Of a DNA stretch of 64,000 bases, positions 39,641-54,100 are shown in pieces. Within the stretch, counting starts at the first letter, position 1. Each line of letters begins with the position of its first letter. Source of the DNA: Ptychomitrium polyphyllum. Its lineage: Eukaryota. The stretch is from NCBI GenBank assembly GCA_973851085.1, contig OZ316776.1:1426001-1490000 (forward strand). Reading direction: 5' to 3'. The notes below the pieces were generated by a model. It was not told where the DNA came from and did no database searches. It saw nothing but the letters and a program-made list of their open reading frames with translations. Both the position numbers and the translations under genes were made by a program.

Positions 39641-41664
39641 CGTGCCTCCATTATTGAGAACTTGAGGTTGGCGTGTGTTGCTGTAAATTAATGATAATTT
39701 TCCATAAGGTCCCTAACATGTTGTAGAACATGACCTTTGAAAAAATGTAAATCAAGTGCACATATTTTTAAAACCATTCTTAGTTTTTGTGATATGTTAA
39801 ATTAGTTTGAACAATTTTTTAATCTATCTTATTTCTAAAATCAAAATCAAAATCCATTAAAGTTCATTTATAGCACATGACAAGTAAATAAAAAGAAGAA
39901 GTAATCCATATGAAATGTTTTGTCTTGCTACAACATTTTTCAACAATCCATCTTCTATTAGAAAGTGGAAATAATTTATAACAAATGTTAATGAAAACAT
40001 GTAGCGATGAATGTATGAAGGTATGAATCTAATATAGTTATTTGGTATACATACTCACTCAATCTTCAATAGAATAAGGTTTTCACAATAGAACTATATA
40101 ATTTAGGTGATCAAATCATCCTTATAACAAATGGTACATAAAAGAGTTATCAACAAATGTTATAATGCTTTAAGTTCGTCATAATGGGCTTGGTGAGTTT
40201 TGCAAAGCCAAGCCAAATCTAACGTTGATTTTTAATAAGGATAGTAAAGTTGTACATACTCCTTCATCTATCCTTCTGCACGACACTTTTAAATAGAATT
40301 TAGGACTATTTCTTGAACTAGTAGTTAAAAATGATAATCCAACAATGATAATAGTATTTCTTTCCATTGTTCTAAATTGTTATGTGAAATTTTTCAATTT
40401 GAAAATTCTGACTTTTTTCTCAAAAGAATCTTATTTCAAAATTAAATTTATGAACCAAAATAATATATTTAAGTAATACAAGTGTCCAAATATACTAATC
40501 CTTAATGCGCTTGAACTAATGCTATAGATTTGAAGCCCTATTATGCACACAATTGGAACCTATGATATATTAGAGGCTAAGTAACAAATGTTATGTAATT
40601 AATTTTTTTGAGATTAATATATTTCTTCCAGAACTAATTCTTAGACGCTTTGTTTGAGGTTTAAGGGAATATGAGGTGCTTTGGGTTGTAGTCAAGACAA
40701 GATAATTGTGGCCTAGATACTCACCTTCTTTCCCTGCTATGACTGAACTTCAGGCTGTGCCGTGTGGTCACGAATTGCTGGTGGCCAGGTTTTCATTGCT
40801 GTGGAACTTTTCTCGTGAGTACAATTTATTGCTTTGGTTACTATTTTCTGGCAGCAACTGGAGTTTACTTGGGACGACTACAGTAGAGCTCGGATGGTTC
40901 GCAGGATAGAGGAGATGAAACAGTGAGGATAAGCATCGGGAATAACTTATTTCCAGAGCGATATGAATATGATTATAAGGAGTGTTTTTTATTGAAGAGA
41001 ATGCAGCTCGTCTGTTGCTGTTTGTTAAAAGAAACAGCCCCTCCAAAGGAAAACATTGAGTTGTATCACGAAAAAAAAGAAACAGGAAAAAAGGGGCCCA
41101 TCGAGTTAAAAGGTGGCTCATTATGAGCTCGAGTTGCGTGCATCCGGCACTAGATCATCGGTGATGCTTCTGAAGATTAGCTGAAGATCAACGCAAGATT
41201 TGTCATACGATTGGCGATGCTTGCACTCTCCAGTCGCCCCGAGATGGATCAAGAATGCAAGGTCAAACATTCCTTATCTTCTCTCGATATATGCTCTAGA
41301 AACACTTTTTCCAACATCGAATGTGAGCGTTTCGTGTACGGTGTGAGGTACAGGGGAAAGTTGTGTGGGGAAAGTACCTCTAAAGAGTACTATTTCCATT
41401 GTTGTGTTCGAATAAGCCTGAAATAAATGGTGTGAGGCTGTAACGGTTTGAACCAGACTACCCACTCGGAAAATGATCTTGACAACCGTGCTGGAGTCCA
41501 TACTAAACAAATCGACCATATGAACGTCCCAAAAGTTGGGGGTACCCGTATACTTTAATATATTTACAAGAGTGAACAGCCTCACTGTAACATGAACCCG
41601 CGAGAATTATTTCTTCTTCCAATATATTCTAGCTAATATTCTCACAAAAAACAGAAAGTAGAAG

Positions 41665-44600
41665 CTAAGAGACTGGCGGTTGTTTCTTTTGATCATAGAA
41701 TACTCTATCCACAACATCCACTGGAAGAGCATAAGCAGGATCAAGTGCCTTCAGTCCTGGGTACTCCAGCAGAGACAACCCTGCTCATAAAAACATATCA
41801 ATCAGGAGCCATCCTCACGTCTTGGGTGTGAACTTTAAATCTATACCAAAAAAATGTGGATCAACTTTTGTACCTCCAACCCCATTGCATGATGCACGAT
41901 ACCGATATTTCTCAAGTGGAAGAAAACAGGTTAAAGAAACTTCTAGGATGGAGAATTACGCACCGGCCACACCGAAGTAGGTGTGAAAAACGTCAACGGC
42001 GTCGTCTGGTCTGTCAGATATCCCCCCGCCTTCAGGATCCTGCAAGCAGAGAAAGTCCAAGTATGAATAAAAACTGAAAAAAATGTCAGAACGGCCAATC
42101 AAAACTCGAGTAAGGATCATGATAGATTAAATAAATGCAGTATCCCTTGTCAGAAGCAAAAATGACAGTCATTCAGCACGCGAACTGTCAGAAGTGGACA
42201 GTCATCACGATGAAGGAATTAAATGTGGCATAAGACTTTGGAAAGAGAGACCAACCTGGCAATCAAGAATAAATTGCGCAAGTTTTTTCTTATCAATCCA
42301 GTGAACGCGGTCCATTATGACAAGGCTAGCAAGAACCCACCAAGAGTAACAAACCTGAGAAAGAATCACTTGGTCAAAATACAAGCATCAAAAACTGCCT
42401 GGCCTAATGCTTGCATCACATTTCCAGATTGCACAAATGGAAATCGCAGAACATTAGCAGAAGGTAGTAGTTTGTCAAGTAAGCGGAAACTATTCAACCA
42501 TACATATAAACACACAGGCCTAACACTAGTTGGTCCTCTCAAGTTCTTTAGACTCCTGATAATCTGATAAAGATTTTGTACATAACATAATCACTTCAAC
42601 TACTTGGAAATTCTGCTTAAAAATTTACGTCTGGGAGTTTCTCTGGGCGACCATTGAGACCTCCGGATTTTACTTGTCTTTCAGCCAACCACCAGCCCAA
42701 CAGATCTTTATCGACATGGTGGAGAGCACCGCCTATTGCAAGAGCTCCGACACAGCAAAAAACTGCAACAAAACCAATTCAATGTAAACTGATTAAAATT
42801 TTAGTTGTATATATGAATGAAGATATCAACAGTGAAGCATGTCATAGAAAAGTGGGGCTTGATAATCAACTGAATGAAAATACAAGCTCAAGCTCTTACT
42901 TTGGCCTGCATGGGATTCCCCGCCCGGAATACAACCAAAACCACCATCAAAGTTTTTGCACCTGGCAACGAAGTCGCAGGCCTTTTTTACATCAATCCTG
43001 TCGAGTCGTCTCAGCAACGAAAGGCAGCAGATTGCGCAGTAAGAAAATCTGCCTCACAAAATCAAGTGCACAAGTAAGAAAAACCTGCACAATAATACAA
43101 CTTTATATTCATGCTTGAAGCTACAGTTATTGCATTCATTTTATGCTTTCAAATTATGCACCTTTCGTTTCAGCGGAGAAGGCTTACCATGAACATTTAT
43201 CAGTTTTCCGAGATTTCTGATGTTGTTTTCAATCCCTCAAGCATGATGGTTAAATGTGATCCTCTTTGTAGGAAATACATGGCTTTTTCTCTTACGTATA
43301 GAGGAAATGTTTCACCCAAGGATGTGAATATTGCTCTTGCAACTATCAAAAATAAGAATACTTTGGGGTTTGTTGATTGGTTAGTTGTTTTTTAAGTTCA
43401 TTAATTATATAGAAACATTTAGTTATTTATTTTAATTTATTCAATTACCATTGTCATATTATGTTGTCAAATTCACATTGTGTATATATGTTAAAAACAC
43501 TTATGTTCAGATGCCATAAATGCAACTCCTCCCAAGCATAGACGAGGGAGGGAACAAAAAAAGCACCTGAGACTGAAGGTAGAGCATACCGAGTGTCAAT
43601 CTCCCCCCATTCGTCACCAGCAAACGACCCATCCTCATTCTGTAATCCTGCAATGTCTGCTCTCTTGTAGGTTAAGAAACTCCAAGTAGTGCAAAATTTC
43701 AATGTAAATCACGTGGCCGCAAGATGGTTTTCAAGGCGTATCTTACGAAGTAAAGCCACTCTGGATTGAGAAGTTCACATAGACTAAACCCCCGAGGAAG
43801 ACAACAACCATGAACCTATCTGCAATAGCTTGGTCACTAGGACAGTGCATCATCAAAGGGGGCAACCAAAATGTGTTGATGGAGACCAAAACCCAGTGAA
43901 AGAGAAAAATGCAAATCTCAGGATCAAGGATACATGCAGCAATCTTGTCTCCATCCACTGCATCAAGCCTGTCAAACAGGGCCAGAATTTGTACAGCACT
44001 TAGAGTGTACAAAATATGCGGGTCGTGCTGATAGTTCCCTCCAAACCCTCCTGCATGCGAAAATTTCCACCAAATTTTTAGAACCTAATTTACAAATGCA
44101 CATTTCGCTCAAAAAGCGCTTCAGCTGCAGATCAAAGCAAGTTTTCACACCGTTTTTCTTCCTTCCATCATCGAAACCAATAAAAAAAATCTCTAGCGGA
44201 ATCGGATAAAGAAAACTAGTGTCTCCAAAATGCCTTAATTTCTTAGGGTGCAATCATAATAAAACAAACGCAATGCCAGTACTGAACTAACCAGACACCT
44301 ACCACACTCATCCTGGCACTTGATAATCCAGGGCACAATCTCATCAGGACTCATGTCGCCGAGATGTCCCATGATGTCCAACGCCGTGAGCCCCCAGTAC
44401 GCCCCGCTCATGCGCAGATGCTCCATCGCCACTGCATCAAAATCCGATTTCTACACACAAGGTACCATAATCCATCAAACAACTCACAACTTCCTCCCCA
44501 AAAAAGACCAACCAAACCCTAAACCCTAAAACCCAGTTCCACCATAAAACCCTAAAAATCTACACTTCCACCAGACGGGCTCAACGTCGTCATCCTCAAA

Positions 44601-44759
44601 CTGGACATAGAAACATCTCAAAACGCACAATCCAAAACCGCCACAAAACCGAACTCCGCAACCAACCGCCACCCCTGGAGTCAATCCAAACCCCACCTTG
44701 TCCAGCGACTTGATGTAGTCCACATGCTTCTCCATGTGAAGCTCCTCCGAGTCCCCCAT
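41665..44759 (-). CDS. RGTB: Rab geranylgeranyltransferase (type II) beta subunit, multi-exon
   Basis: [49 protein letters not shown]...; [107 protein letters not shown], all prenyltransferase beta repeats. Stop TAG at 41665-41667. Confidence 0.95.
43134..43380 (+). pseudogene. TUA (fragment): Alpha-tubulin gene fragment (about residues 265-346), frameshifted, antisense within an RGTB intron
   Basis: [24 protein letters not shown] [+1 nt] [58 protein letters not shown] versus canonical [82 protein letters not shown]. Confidence 0.9.
43657..43933 (-). other. U12-type (minor spliceosome) GT-AG intron in RGTB
   Basis: 5' splice site GTATCCTT; branch site TTCTTAAC (43678-43671) 12 nt before the AG; no polypyrimidine tract. 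Splicing restores [14 protein letters not shown]. Confidence 0.88.
44514..44555 (+). promoter_or_regulatory. Telo-box / telomere-like repeats in RGTB intron 1
   Basis: AAACCCTAAACCCTAAA at 44514-44530 and a further AAACCCTAA about 30 bp downstream. Confidence 0.45.
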
Positions 44760-47700
44760 CGCTGGAGCTCCGATCCAAACCCTGCAGCGTCGATCTCGCT
44801 GTCGATCTGCTTCCAAGCTCTCCCTTGGCGTCGCGTCTGTGCTCCACCCTCCTTCAAAACTCCCTGCCTTCCTTGCCAATCCTGCTGCCCCTCAGCTCCA
44901 CGGCACAGCATCTACGCCCCCCAGCCCAGTCGTTGCTTCTGCCAGCAGCGACGAGCGTTTGCCGAAACCTACACGACAGCAAGACGACGAAAAAGTAAAA
45001 GTAAACGAAAAAGGAAAAGCCGAAGCCGAAGCCAACGCCAACGCCAAGACCTAGTGGAGGCAGTTCTTCACTTGTATTAAAAAGATTGAAAATTTTACTG
45101 TGTTTATTGAATTTCAAAAGTGTATATTAGAATTGTTTATTATGTAGAATTCCGTCACCTTAAACATTTTGGAGTGACAATTTATGACAAACATATTAAT
45201 GTATTTATGATTTTGGAGAGCGCTTAAAGGAGTTTGATTATCTAGTGTAAATAAATGATTGGTTTGGGGGAGCTCGGTTTGCTATGAAGAAGTCCAAAAC
45301 TTAAGGCTCCTTGATAACACCTTAACATTGCAAAAGTTCTTCATTGGTGGTAAAAACAAATTTTGGAGTGTATTTTATAAAAAAGATTGCTTGGAAAAAG
45401 TTTAATGGATAGATTTATTTTTGATTTTTAGAATTCGCCCATTATAAAAAAAATTCCTATTTTTGTACATGATTGTAGTTTTTTATATTCCAAATACAAG
45501 TGGATTTAGGCCAATGCAAGATTTTTGCACAAGTCAACTTATGTCAATTAATAAAAAATATTGTAGAATAATAAATTAGTGTAAATTGGCCTAATTAGAA
45601 TATAGAATGTATGTTTCAAAATGGATTTTCATAAAACTTTAATACAATCTAGTTTTTAATTCCATGAACAAATGTTGCATCTATAGCATAAATATTTTAA
45701 ACGTTAGGCCATTTTTAAGTATAATTTGTTATCATTCCAAATGTTAATAATTAAAAGTAATTAAAAATTTTAGATCTAATATGCTATATTCTTATGGTGT
45801 ATTAGTTGTATAGCTTAAAACTTAACTAGTACTTATTATTTTATAGATTTTGATTTATTGTATTTAAAAATGAATATTAGGAAGAAAAACAAAACCATTA
45901 AGTCAAAAAAATTGTGGTGAAACCCAGTTTTAATTGTTATGGAAGTAAAACCGCATCTTGTCATAGTTGAGGGTGAACAAGTTAATGGACTATAGTAGTT
46001 TTTTGCTTGCCATTCTCGCTAGCATTACCAAGTCAAATGCCGTCATTCTACTCAATATATTTAACAAGAATTAAACTCGGACTGGTTTGGTTTAGCACTT
46101 AAATTTATCTAATTAATTAAGTTTATGACTTGATATATAATTCAGCCTTAACAATAACAGTATTTTTAGCTTGTTTTTTATAAACTCCAAAAAATTCATT
46201 TTTTTTTTTTTCAATTTTAATTTTTCATATCTACTTTGGATTTATGAGGGTTGATTTTGTTTTCTTTTATAGTTTGAACTTAGGAATTTCAATCAAAGAA
46301 AAAAAAAAATCAAAAAATTAAAATATGGATTTAAATTATTATTTTTGAAAAGATATGAAGAAATAAAGGTTAATATAAAGAGATAAGAGCATAGTGTAGA
46401 AAGAAAAGGGGTGGATGTGGTACTTTAACCACTACCATTTTTTTCTCTCTTGGCCTCTCCCACTTGGATAGAAAAGTAGCACTTCTCTCAGCAATTACTC
46501 ATTATATATTTTTTAATTTGAATTGATTTTTTCATGGATTTGTTTTCTTCTCTTTTATGTTTTTTAAAAAGACATCACACGCTCCATTCAAAGTTAGTAT
46601 GTGACTATGGTGCTAATTTGAATAAAGTTGGATCAGTTGCCTTGAATTTTTTAGAGCAGCTACTTTAAAAGCCTATATCTTTGTTTATAAACAATTTTGA
46701 ATGATGAAATTTAGAGAATAATATTTTTATTATTTTAAGATGATGGTGTTAGGATTTGAAGAGCAAAAGGCTTTTATGGTATAAAATATAAAAGAAAGTA
46801 TAACTGGAACTTAAAAAAAACAATATCCAATAGAGTTTGGATAGCATGTTTTGATTGATGGAAAGAGTTAGAAGAAGAAATTGAATGTGAGATTTGATGA
46901 GTATGTAATCAACAAAATAAATAAGGCTTATATTAAATTTTAGATCTTAATTCAAAATTGTGAAGGAGATATGAAAAATAGAAGTGGTAGAGATTTAAAA
47001 TCAATGTCAATGGAAATAAAATTTTATTATACTATCTTATTATATTGTTAAGTGACTAGTAACAACCAAATGTTCAATGCTTATTCAAGACAAAGTTCTT
47101 TTACCACAACAATGTATAATGTATTTGCACCAATAATTTTGTTTTGTATTAATTATTATTTCTTTAAAATATTAACATTTTAAGCTAATTATTTTTTTAA
47201 AAAAAATCTAAAGATTTTTTTAAAAATCTATATTCTATTCATGGCATTGGTATTCAAAGCCTCTTAAAATTATCATCTAATTATCATTTAGATAACACAA
47301 GAATTTTTTTTAATAATATTACTAAAATACATTCAAAAAATAAGAATATATAAAGCCAAAAATGTTTTTTATTTTGTGATAAATTAAAAATTAATGTTTC
47401 ATATAGAAACAAAATGGCATTGATTTTATTCTTGACATAGTTGAAAGACATTTCCATATGATATTCAATTTAACATTTATTGTTGAATTTGATACTTCTA
47501 TATTCAAATTTTATAATCCAATTTTTATTTAAAACATCAAGCTAAATAAACAAAGCATAGCTATTTGGCTTGCATTTAACCACTTCAATTAAAAATATTT
47601 ATTATTATAAGGTTCTATTTTTTCATATTATGTTTATAAAGGTTATTTTATAGTATTTAGATGGCTATGGAAATGGATGGATGATCCTTTGCGGCATCCA

Positions 47701-49706
47701 TATGAAGAACTGACTTCATAAGATGGAAACAATCTAAACCAACATTTAAAAAAATTAATTAATATAACATTTGGGCCAAATATAAATGCTTTGAAATCTT
47801 TACAACTTTTCTTGCAAGAGATGAGAGAAGCAAACAATCTTTTTAAGACATGCACATATTAAGCAAAAGACTACTCTTATGAAAAGAAAAGATGACAATA
47901 AAATAGTGTTTAATAAAAGAAGATTTTTTTTATTTAAAAACTCTTATGTTACTATTCCAAGGGATTTTTTTTAATTGTCTAGAGAAGAATTTTGCATCAT
48001 TATGTAAACAACCATATAGACAACCAATTCATTATTTTAAACCATCTTCAAAGTGTTTTTCTTTTGAACAATAGAACAAAGTATAAAGTTTTACAAAAAT
48101 ACTTAAAAAATTGACTAATTATTTTGTCAATATTATCCAAATATGGCAAAAGTCTCTCCTTTGTGGATAACAGAAGGTACATAAATGTCTTCAATTGATG
48201 TTTTTTAATTCCATTTACTATTTTTTGCAAGTTAATATGAATTTAATTAAGAATAATTTTTACAATTGAAAAAGATGGCAATATCATTTCAAATTTTGTA
48301 TGGTCTTTATAAAAATGATTGTGTTGCATCATCTTGGTATAAGATGTATAAATGAAGATGGAGTTTGAAGATAAATATTTCAATGGTGAGCATGACCTTC
48401 AAACTATACTTTCACTCCATTGTAGTTTAGTTGCAAAATCCCTTCTTTTATTTTAGGGCCATATATACTAATTAATTCTTGACAACACTCACTTTAAACT
48501 TTAATTTTTTTGACTAATAATTGGAAGTTTAGAAAATCAAAGTTGCTAGTTAATGAATTGAAGAATTTTTTTATAAATAAAAATAATAATAAAGCTTATT
48601 AAATTCTTTTAAACTATGTTTGAATTAAAATTATAATAAGTCTATTTTGAAGCGTTATAATAAGTCTATTTTATGAAATAAATGCAATTCATAAAAATTT
48701 ATTCAAATGTGCTTAGAATCTAATCAATTGATAATTCAAAATCATCCATTCCAAAGTATAATTCAAACTTTCTTAAACCATGTTTAAACTCCAATAAAAA
48801 AAGATTATATTTTAAACTATAGCATTATCCAAATGTTTATTTTGTATCAATTACAAATTTACTTTGAACAAAGATGTTTGTTAAGAATTTGTAATGAATG
48901 TAATGGTTTTATGTAAAACATTACATGCAAAAACATTATTTGAAGAAAGGAATTTTTAATTTTGATATCCTTAAAGAATAACAACCACAATAGAAATACA
49001 TTTTATAAAATGTCATTTGCTTACAAATCATATTTGATTGTAAAAACTTAAAAGAAAAAAATCAAACATCTTGCATTTATTTTAAAGAAACCATGGTATT
49101 ATACCAACATTGGAATTTACATTGGACTATTTGAAATAAAATTCCAACATTTTATGTAACCAATGCATAGTGTTAATAAAAGAAATGAAAACCTCCATGT
49201 AATAAATAAATTAAATAATATTAACTTGTATATGAAGAACTATTTAGATTCTGAATGGAATTTTGTTAGTAAACTTTTAAAATGACACGGTAGTTATATA
49301 TAAACTAGAGCTTTTTTATATGTAAATATGCAATTTTTTGCATAACATCTTTTACATACATAATTATAAATTGGTATTGAAATACCTTTTTTTACTTTCA
49401 ATAAAACTTGAAAGTAGAGATATTTGGAGTCTAAAAATTACCTAGTACATAGAAAGCATGATTCAATCATGATAATTAAATTTCTAAATTAATTATCTAC
49501 TTCAAAAGTAAAGAACTTCCAAGTTCTATTGGATATTCATCAAATAATTTCAAAGAATTTGTTCTTGTTGCTCATTCTTAAATAAGATGAAGCATCAATA
49601 TTTATCAATTTTGTCTCAAATTTGATGAGATTTGTCATTTGGCCACTAAAGTTCTATCTTTAAAAGGAATATGATGCTAAAATTAGGTTAATAATTTTCC
49701 TTCTGG

Positions 49707-51131
49707 TTAAGGATTATGTTGGCAAAAAGTAAGGTCTATACTTCTTGTAACTAAAGCAATTTCAAGTTTATCAAGAATGTGTGATAAGTATATTTGTTTT
49801 TTAATATCTAGTTTTTTTACACGTGCGCATAAGAGCTTCTCTTTCTTTTTCATTCTTTCTGATCTACTTGAACAAAGTGGAAATTTATTTTTGGTATCAT
49901 TATTCCTTGTAAGGTTCAAATCTATATGATTTTTATGTGTCTCTTCTATCAATGGCCTTGACTCTAGTTTTCCAAAGCCACTTATGTATGTTGATGATGT
50001 ACAATAATTGCATGGAATAAAAGAATTTGTTGTAGAAAATGTTGGTGTTTGATTTGATTCATTAACATTAGAGCTAATGGATCTTCCATCATAAGTTTGA
50101 ATATGATCCAAAGTTGAGATATTTGAAATGTTATAGTCCATCTTTTAACAAAGATACCTATGATTAAATTTTAAGTTCCTTCTCTTATCATTAGCAACAT
50201 ATTCTGAAGCTAAGTCATTATTAGAGATGCTGTTGCTTGATGATTTATCATCACACTTAAAAAAATGTTGATATTTATGGATAAGTTGGATGTCGTCCTC
50301 TTCAAGGTTATAACTATTTTTGACAAGCTTGGAAATAGGAGATAAAGCCTTTCCTAATGGTGGAAGGTACTCTTCTTCTTCATTTCTATTCTTGTCATTT
50401 ACAAACCCGTTTAAACTTCCTTGGTTTTCAATTAATACAAGTGTTCTTTCATCCTCATCAAAAACAATTTCTTCTCTTTTTACATCTTCATTCTTCTTCA
50501 AGTTACTATTTGGCAAAGATTCCCTTGAATATGGCTTATTCTGCAAATATGAATCGTTTGCTTCTTTTCCGTTCCTTTCATCCCTTTCAAAATGATCATT
50601 CTCATCTTGATTATCCACCCGTAATAGAGCCCTAGCACTTATATTTATATTTTGTTCTTTGTGATAGAAAACATCATAGATAATGCCATTACATGAATCT
50701 GCATGAGGAGCATCAAGTGCAGCACCGTTGTAGGGATCCAGAATAGTGCTTTCATATGCACTTTGAAAATACTCATAATCAGGAGTTAAATATTCTCGTA
50801 GTTTTTTGATATGTTCATGATTCCTATCCAATAGAGAGTAATACTGGGTTTTTTGTTCTTCACTTTTAGAAGGTTGTGGAAAGCATGAGCAAGAAATAGG
50901 CTTGTTTTGAATCCGTTTCAAATGTTTGCAACTACGCCTGTTGAAAATCTGAGAAGCACCATCAATTTGGTATTTGGCAGGGATTGGTGGGCTTGATGTT
51001 TGCTTTGAGCAACAAAATCCATAACCATCAATATGGAAATATGCTTTGTACCTATTGCGAAGAAGATTTAGTTGAGAATTCTTTTGAGCACTTGGATGGA
51101 ACTCTGTTGTGGAAGTGATGTCATGAAGCAC
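49707..51131 (-). pseudogene. Orphan AT-rich long ORF interrupted by one in-frame stop (possible TE- or virus-derived remnant)
   Basis: The 328-aa and 144-aa ORFs share a frame and are separated only by TAA-AAG. The segment is intronless and sits inside a roughly 9-kb very AT-rich block. No family recognised. Confidence 0.4.
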
Positions 51132-54100
51132 AGAACCATAAGGGCCAGTGCCTAATTTTGGAGATTTTTTATTTTGAAGAGCAAATTTTGAGCCGTCACT
51201 TCCTTTAATATTGATTTCTGAGTTCTATGATATATTAAAAACGGAAGTTAGAACCATCAAAGTAAATTAAAAAGAGGATGGATGTTGAATTAAAGCTTTA
51301 CTTGCTATTAGGTTACGAAATTCATAATTGTATTCATAAATGAATTTGATATCAGGTTACATCAAATCATGTTGATATGGTTTAATTGAGTTCAACCTTC
51401 TGCCAAAATTTTCGTCTTGCAAATGTATTATTTGGTGGCTTAAGCTTCCTGAGTACAAACAAATAAATCAATATTAGTTACTTATAAGCCCAAAGCCAAA
51501 ATTAAGTCAATAGGGAATTGCTTGGTTAGTAGGAAATAATATTGTTTAACAATCATAGAGTGAACCTTCATTAGACTCATTACACAAACCTTGCCAATGG
51601 AATATTGGTACTTATTTGATTCTTTTTATTATGAAGCACCTCTTGTTGCAAGTTTTTGATTTTTAACCTTTCTTTGTTGGCTCCACTGGAATGCAATAAA
51701 ATAAACAATCCTTAACTACTTTAGAAACCAATTAAAATATTACATATCATTGTAATATACATATTATTGCAATATAGATATACATAAAACTTTAAGATGT
51801 TAAGATAAAAAACAACCTAATGAATACTTGGAATCCACGTTCACGACGCTCTTGTTCTAATTTGATGAGATTTGAATAATTATGAAAATTTGGAGCTATG
51901 TCCAAGTGAACATTGAATGTTTTTTTCAAGCTAGGCCTCATTTCACTTCATAGTGCTTAAAATATTATTACTTTTATTAAAGCATGTCTATTATATTTAT
52001 TTCTCATACCACAATTATACAAGTTCATGTTACTTATATATGAAGAAACCAAAGTTTGTGCATCACCCTAGTAAAGTTCTATCTACAATAAGAACTTTGA
52101 TGTTGCATCAATACATTATATTGTAATCATAGTGTTTTTAAATATTGAAGATTTTCTACATGGAAGTTACAATCACAAGATGGTCATGAAGAAAAAACTA
52201 AGTTACGGAGTCTATTCTAGAATAGGTAAGTTTTAATTTATTCAAACTTTAATAATAACATTGCTGATTTTTTAGTGAATAGGTATTTTTAAAATGTTCA
52301 CATTAAGTTATCACTAATTGTATTCAACACAAAACATTTTCGTAATATTCATATGCAAGGCTCATATCCTACATACAACAAGCAGCTGAGTGAGTTTGCT
52401 ATGTTTTGGCTTTTGTTGAAAATCTGTGTTTGGACCAAAAACTTGAGATTGTTGAAACCAAGAATATGATTGTTGGTAAATTCCTTTGGCACCTCATGAA
52501 GGTAACATAACTTGGCTGGTTTTCGTGTTACCAAGTGCACAACCATTGATTCCAATCTTGACAAGGGATGAGTACCCCACTAAGTACAGTAGCGAACAAC
52601 ACATTTCACAAAGGTTGGTATATACTGCAACAAGAACTTGGTGCATATTCATGAGTCCTGGGGCACAGGTTGGAAAAAACCATATTGTTATGTGTGTTTT
52701 TGCACACAAAGATACCAGACTTCTAATTTTGAGTGAAGTGCAACAAATTATTATTGATCAGATGCCATACACAAGCCTTGCAGTGAGCCTCTACAGCAGC
52801 AGCATATGTAATAGTGGGCTCAAAGTGACAATTACACTCTCCCCTTTGAATTTTCTATCTACAATGTGCATACCACTATTCTAGCCCTATGGTGCAGCAT
52901 GCACATGCCTGCTAATTACGTATTAGTTTCGGTTGTATTTATCAAAGGTCTGTACATTCTACTTCTTTTGTGTGACTTTTTTGTTCCATGTGCATTGGTT
53001 CTAAAGATTTAATTTGCACTTTGGAATCGTGGTAGAAAATATAACTTTTTTGATTTTTCTACAAACAAGATGTTTATTATGATCTCAAATCTAAGTAAAG
53101 CCTAAGTCACTTCAAGGCTGTTGATGAGGTTTAGAGGTTTTCTTGGATTAAATTAATTCCTCCATATTCTTAGATTGGTTTTTAAGATTAATTCTTTCAT
53201 GAAAATTTGTGATCAATATAATCTTTTAATTCTTGAAGCAATTATATAACCTATTAATGAAGTTTGTGGAAAAGACAATGGTATGTTTTGATTAATTATA
53301 TTGCATGTGAAATGAAATTTTTTAAGGTTTAATTCAAATCAAATCACTTAAAATTTGTCAAGTCAAATTGTATATAAAAATTTATCATATCTAGTTGCTA
53401 AGAAGTAAAATTTATCAATAAAAAAGATGCTATAATTAATTTGGTTGTCTTTTATAAATTATAATACCTTCAAGAAATATGAGTTATTTTATGACTTATA
53501 AATTTTGAATAAAATTCACTTCTTTAGTAAGATATAATTCAAATAGATTTACCTATTTTTAACACGTTATTAAATTACAAAAAATTAAATTAAAGAAATT
53601 TATTTCAAAAAAGAAAAAATAGATTTTATTTTATTTTGGTCTTTGTTTTGTAAAATTTTCATGAATAAAATATTTGCTCCTTCTATGTATTAATGTCTTA
53701 TTCAACTGCATCTTGTTGGAAAAATTTGCTTATCTATAATGTATGCAAATGAAATACCTTTAGTTGGAGCCTAGTTTATTTGTTTCCTAACATTGTATTG
53801 CAAACTCTTACTATAGCTCTTGTAGATGCTTGTGATTGAGGTACCTGACATTGAAGACATACTAATAATTATTTACCTGTGTTATAGGTTTAGAAGCCAT
53901 CATTTCCGGCATATAAACACAGAAGCAGGGCTTAAAATGTGGATAGCTGGTTTTGAAGTAGTTCATGTAACTAAGCTTGTTCACAAGTCCTCTTAGATTG
54001 TGGCAATTAGGAGTAACACAAAATACAGGCTTATAAAATCAATGGTTATCTAAAATGAAAAGTTGTCCTTGCACAACCACAACAAAATCAAATTTTTTTT

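Noticed and set aside
51129..51155. Kinase-like glycine loop LGTGPYGSV
   Set aside because: No downstream VAIK, HRD or DFG motifs follow, so it was not called as a kinase.
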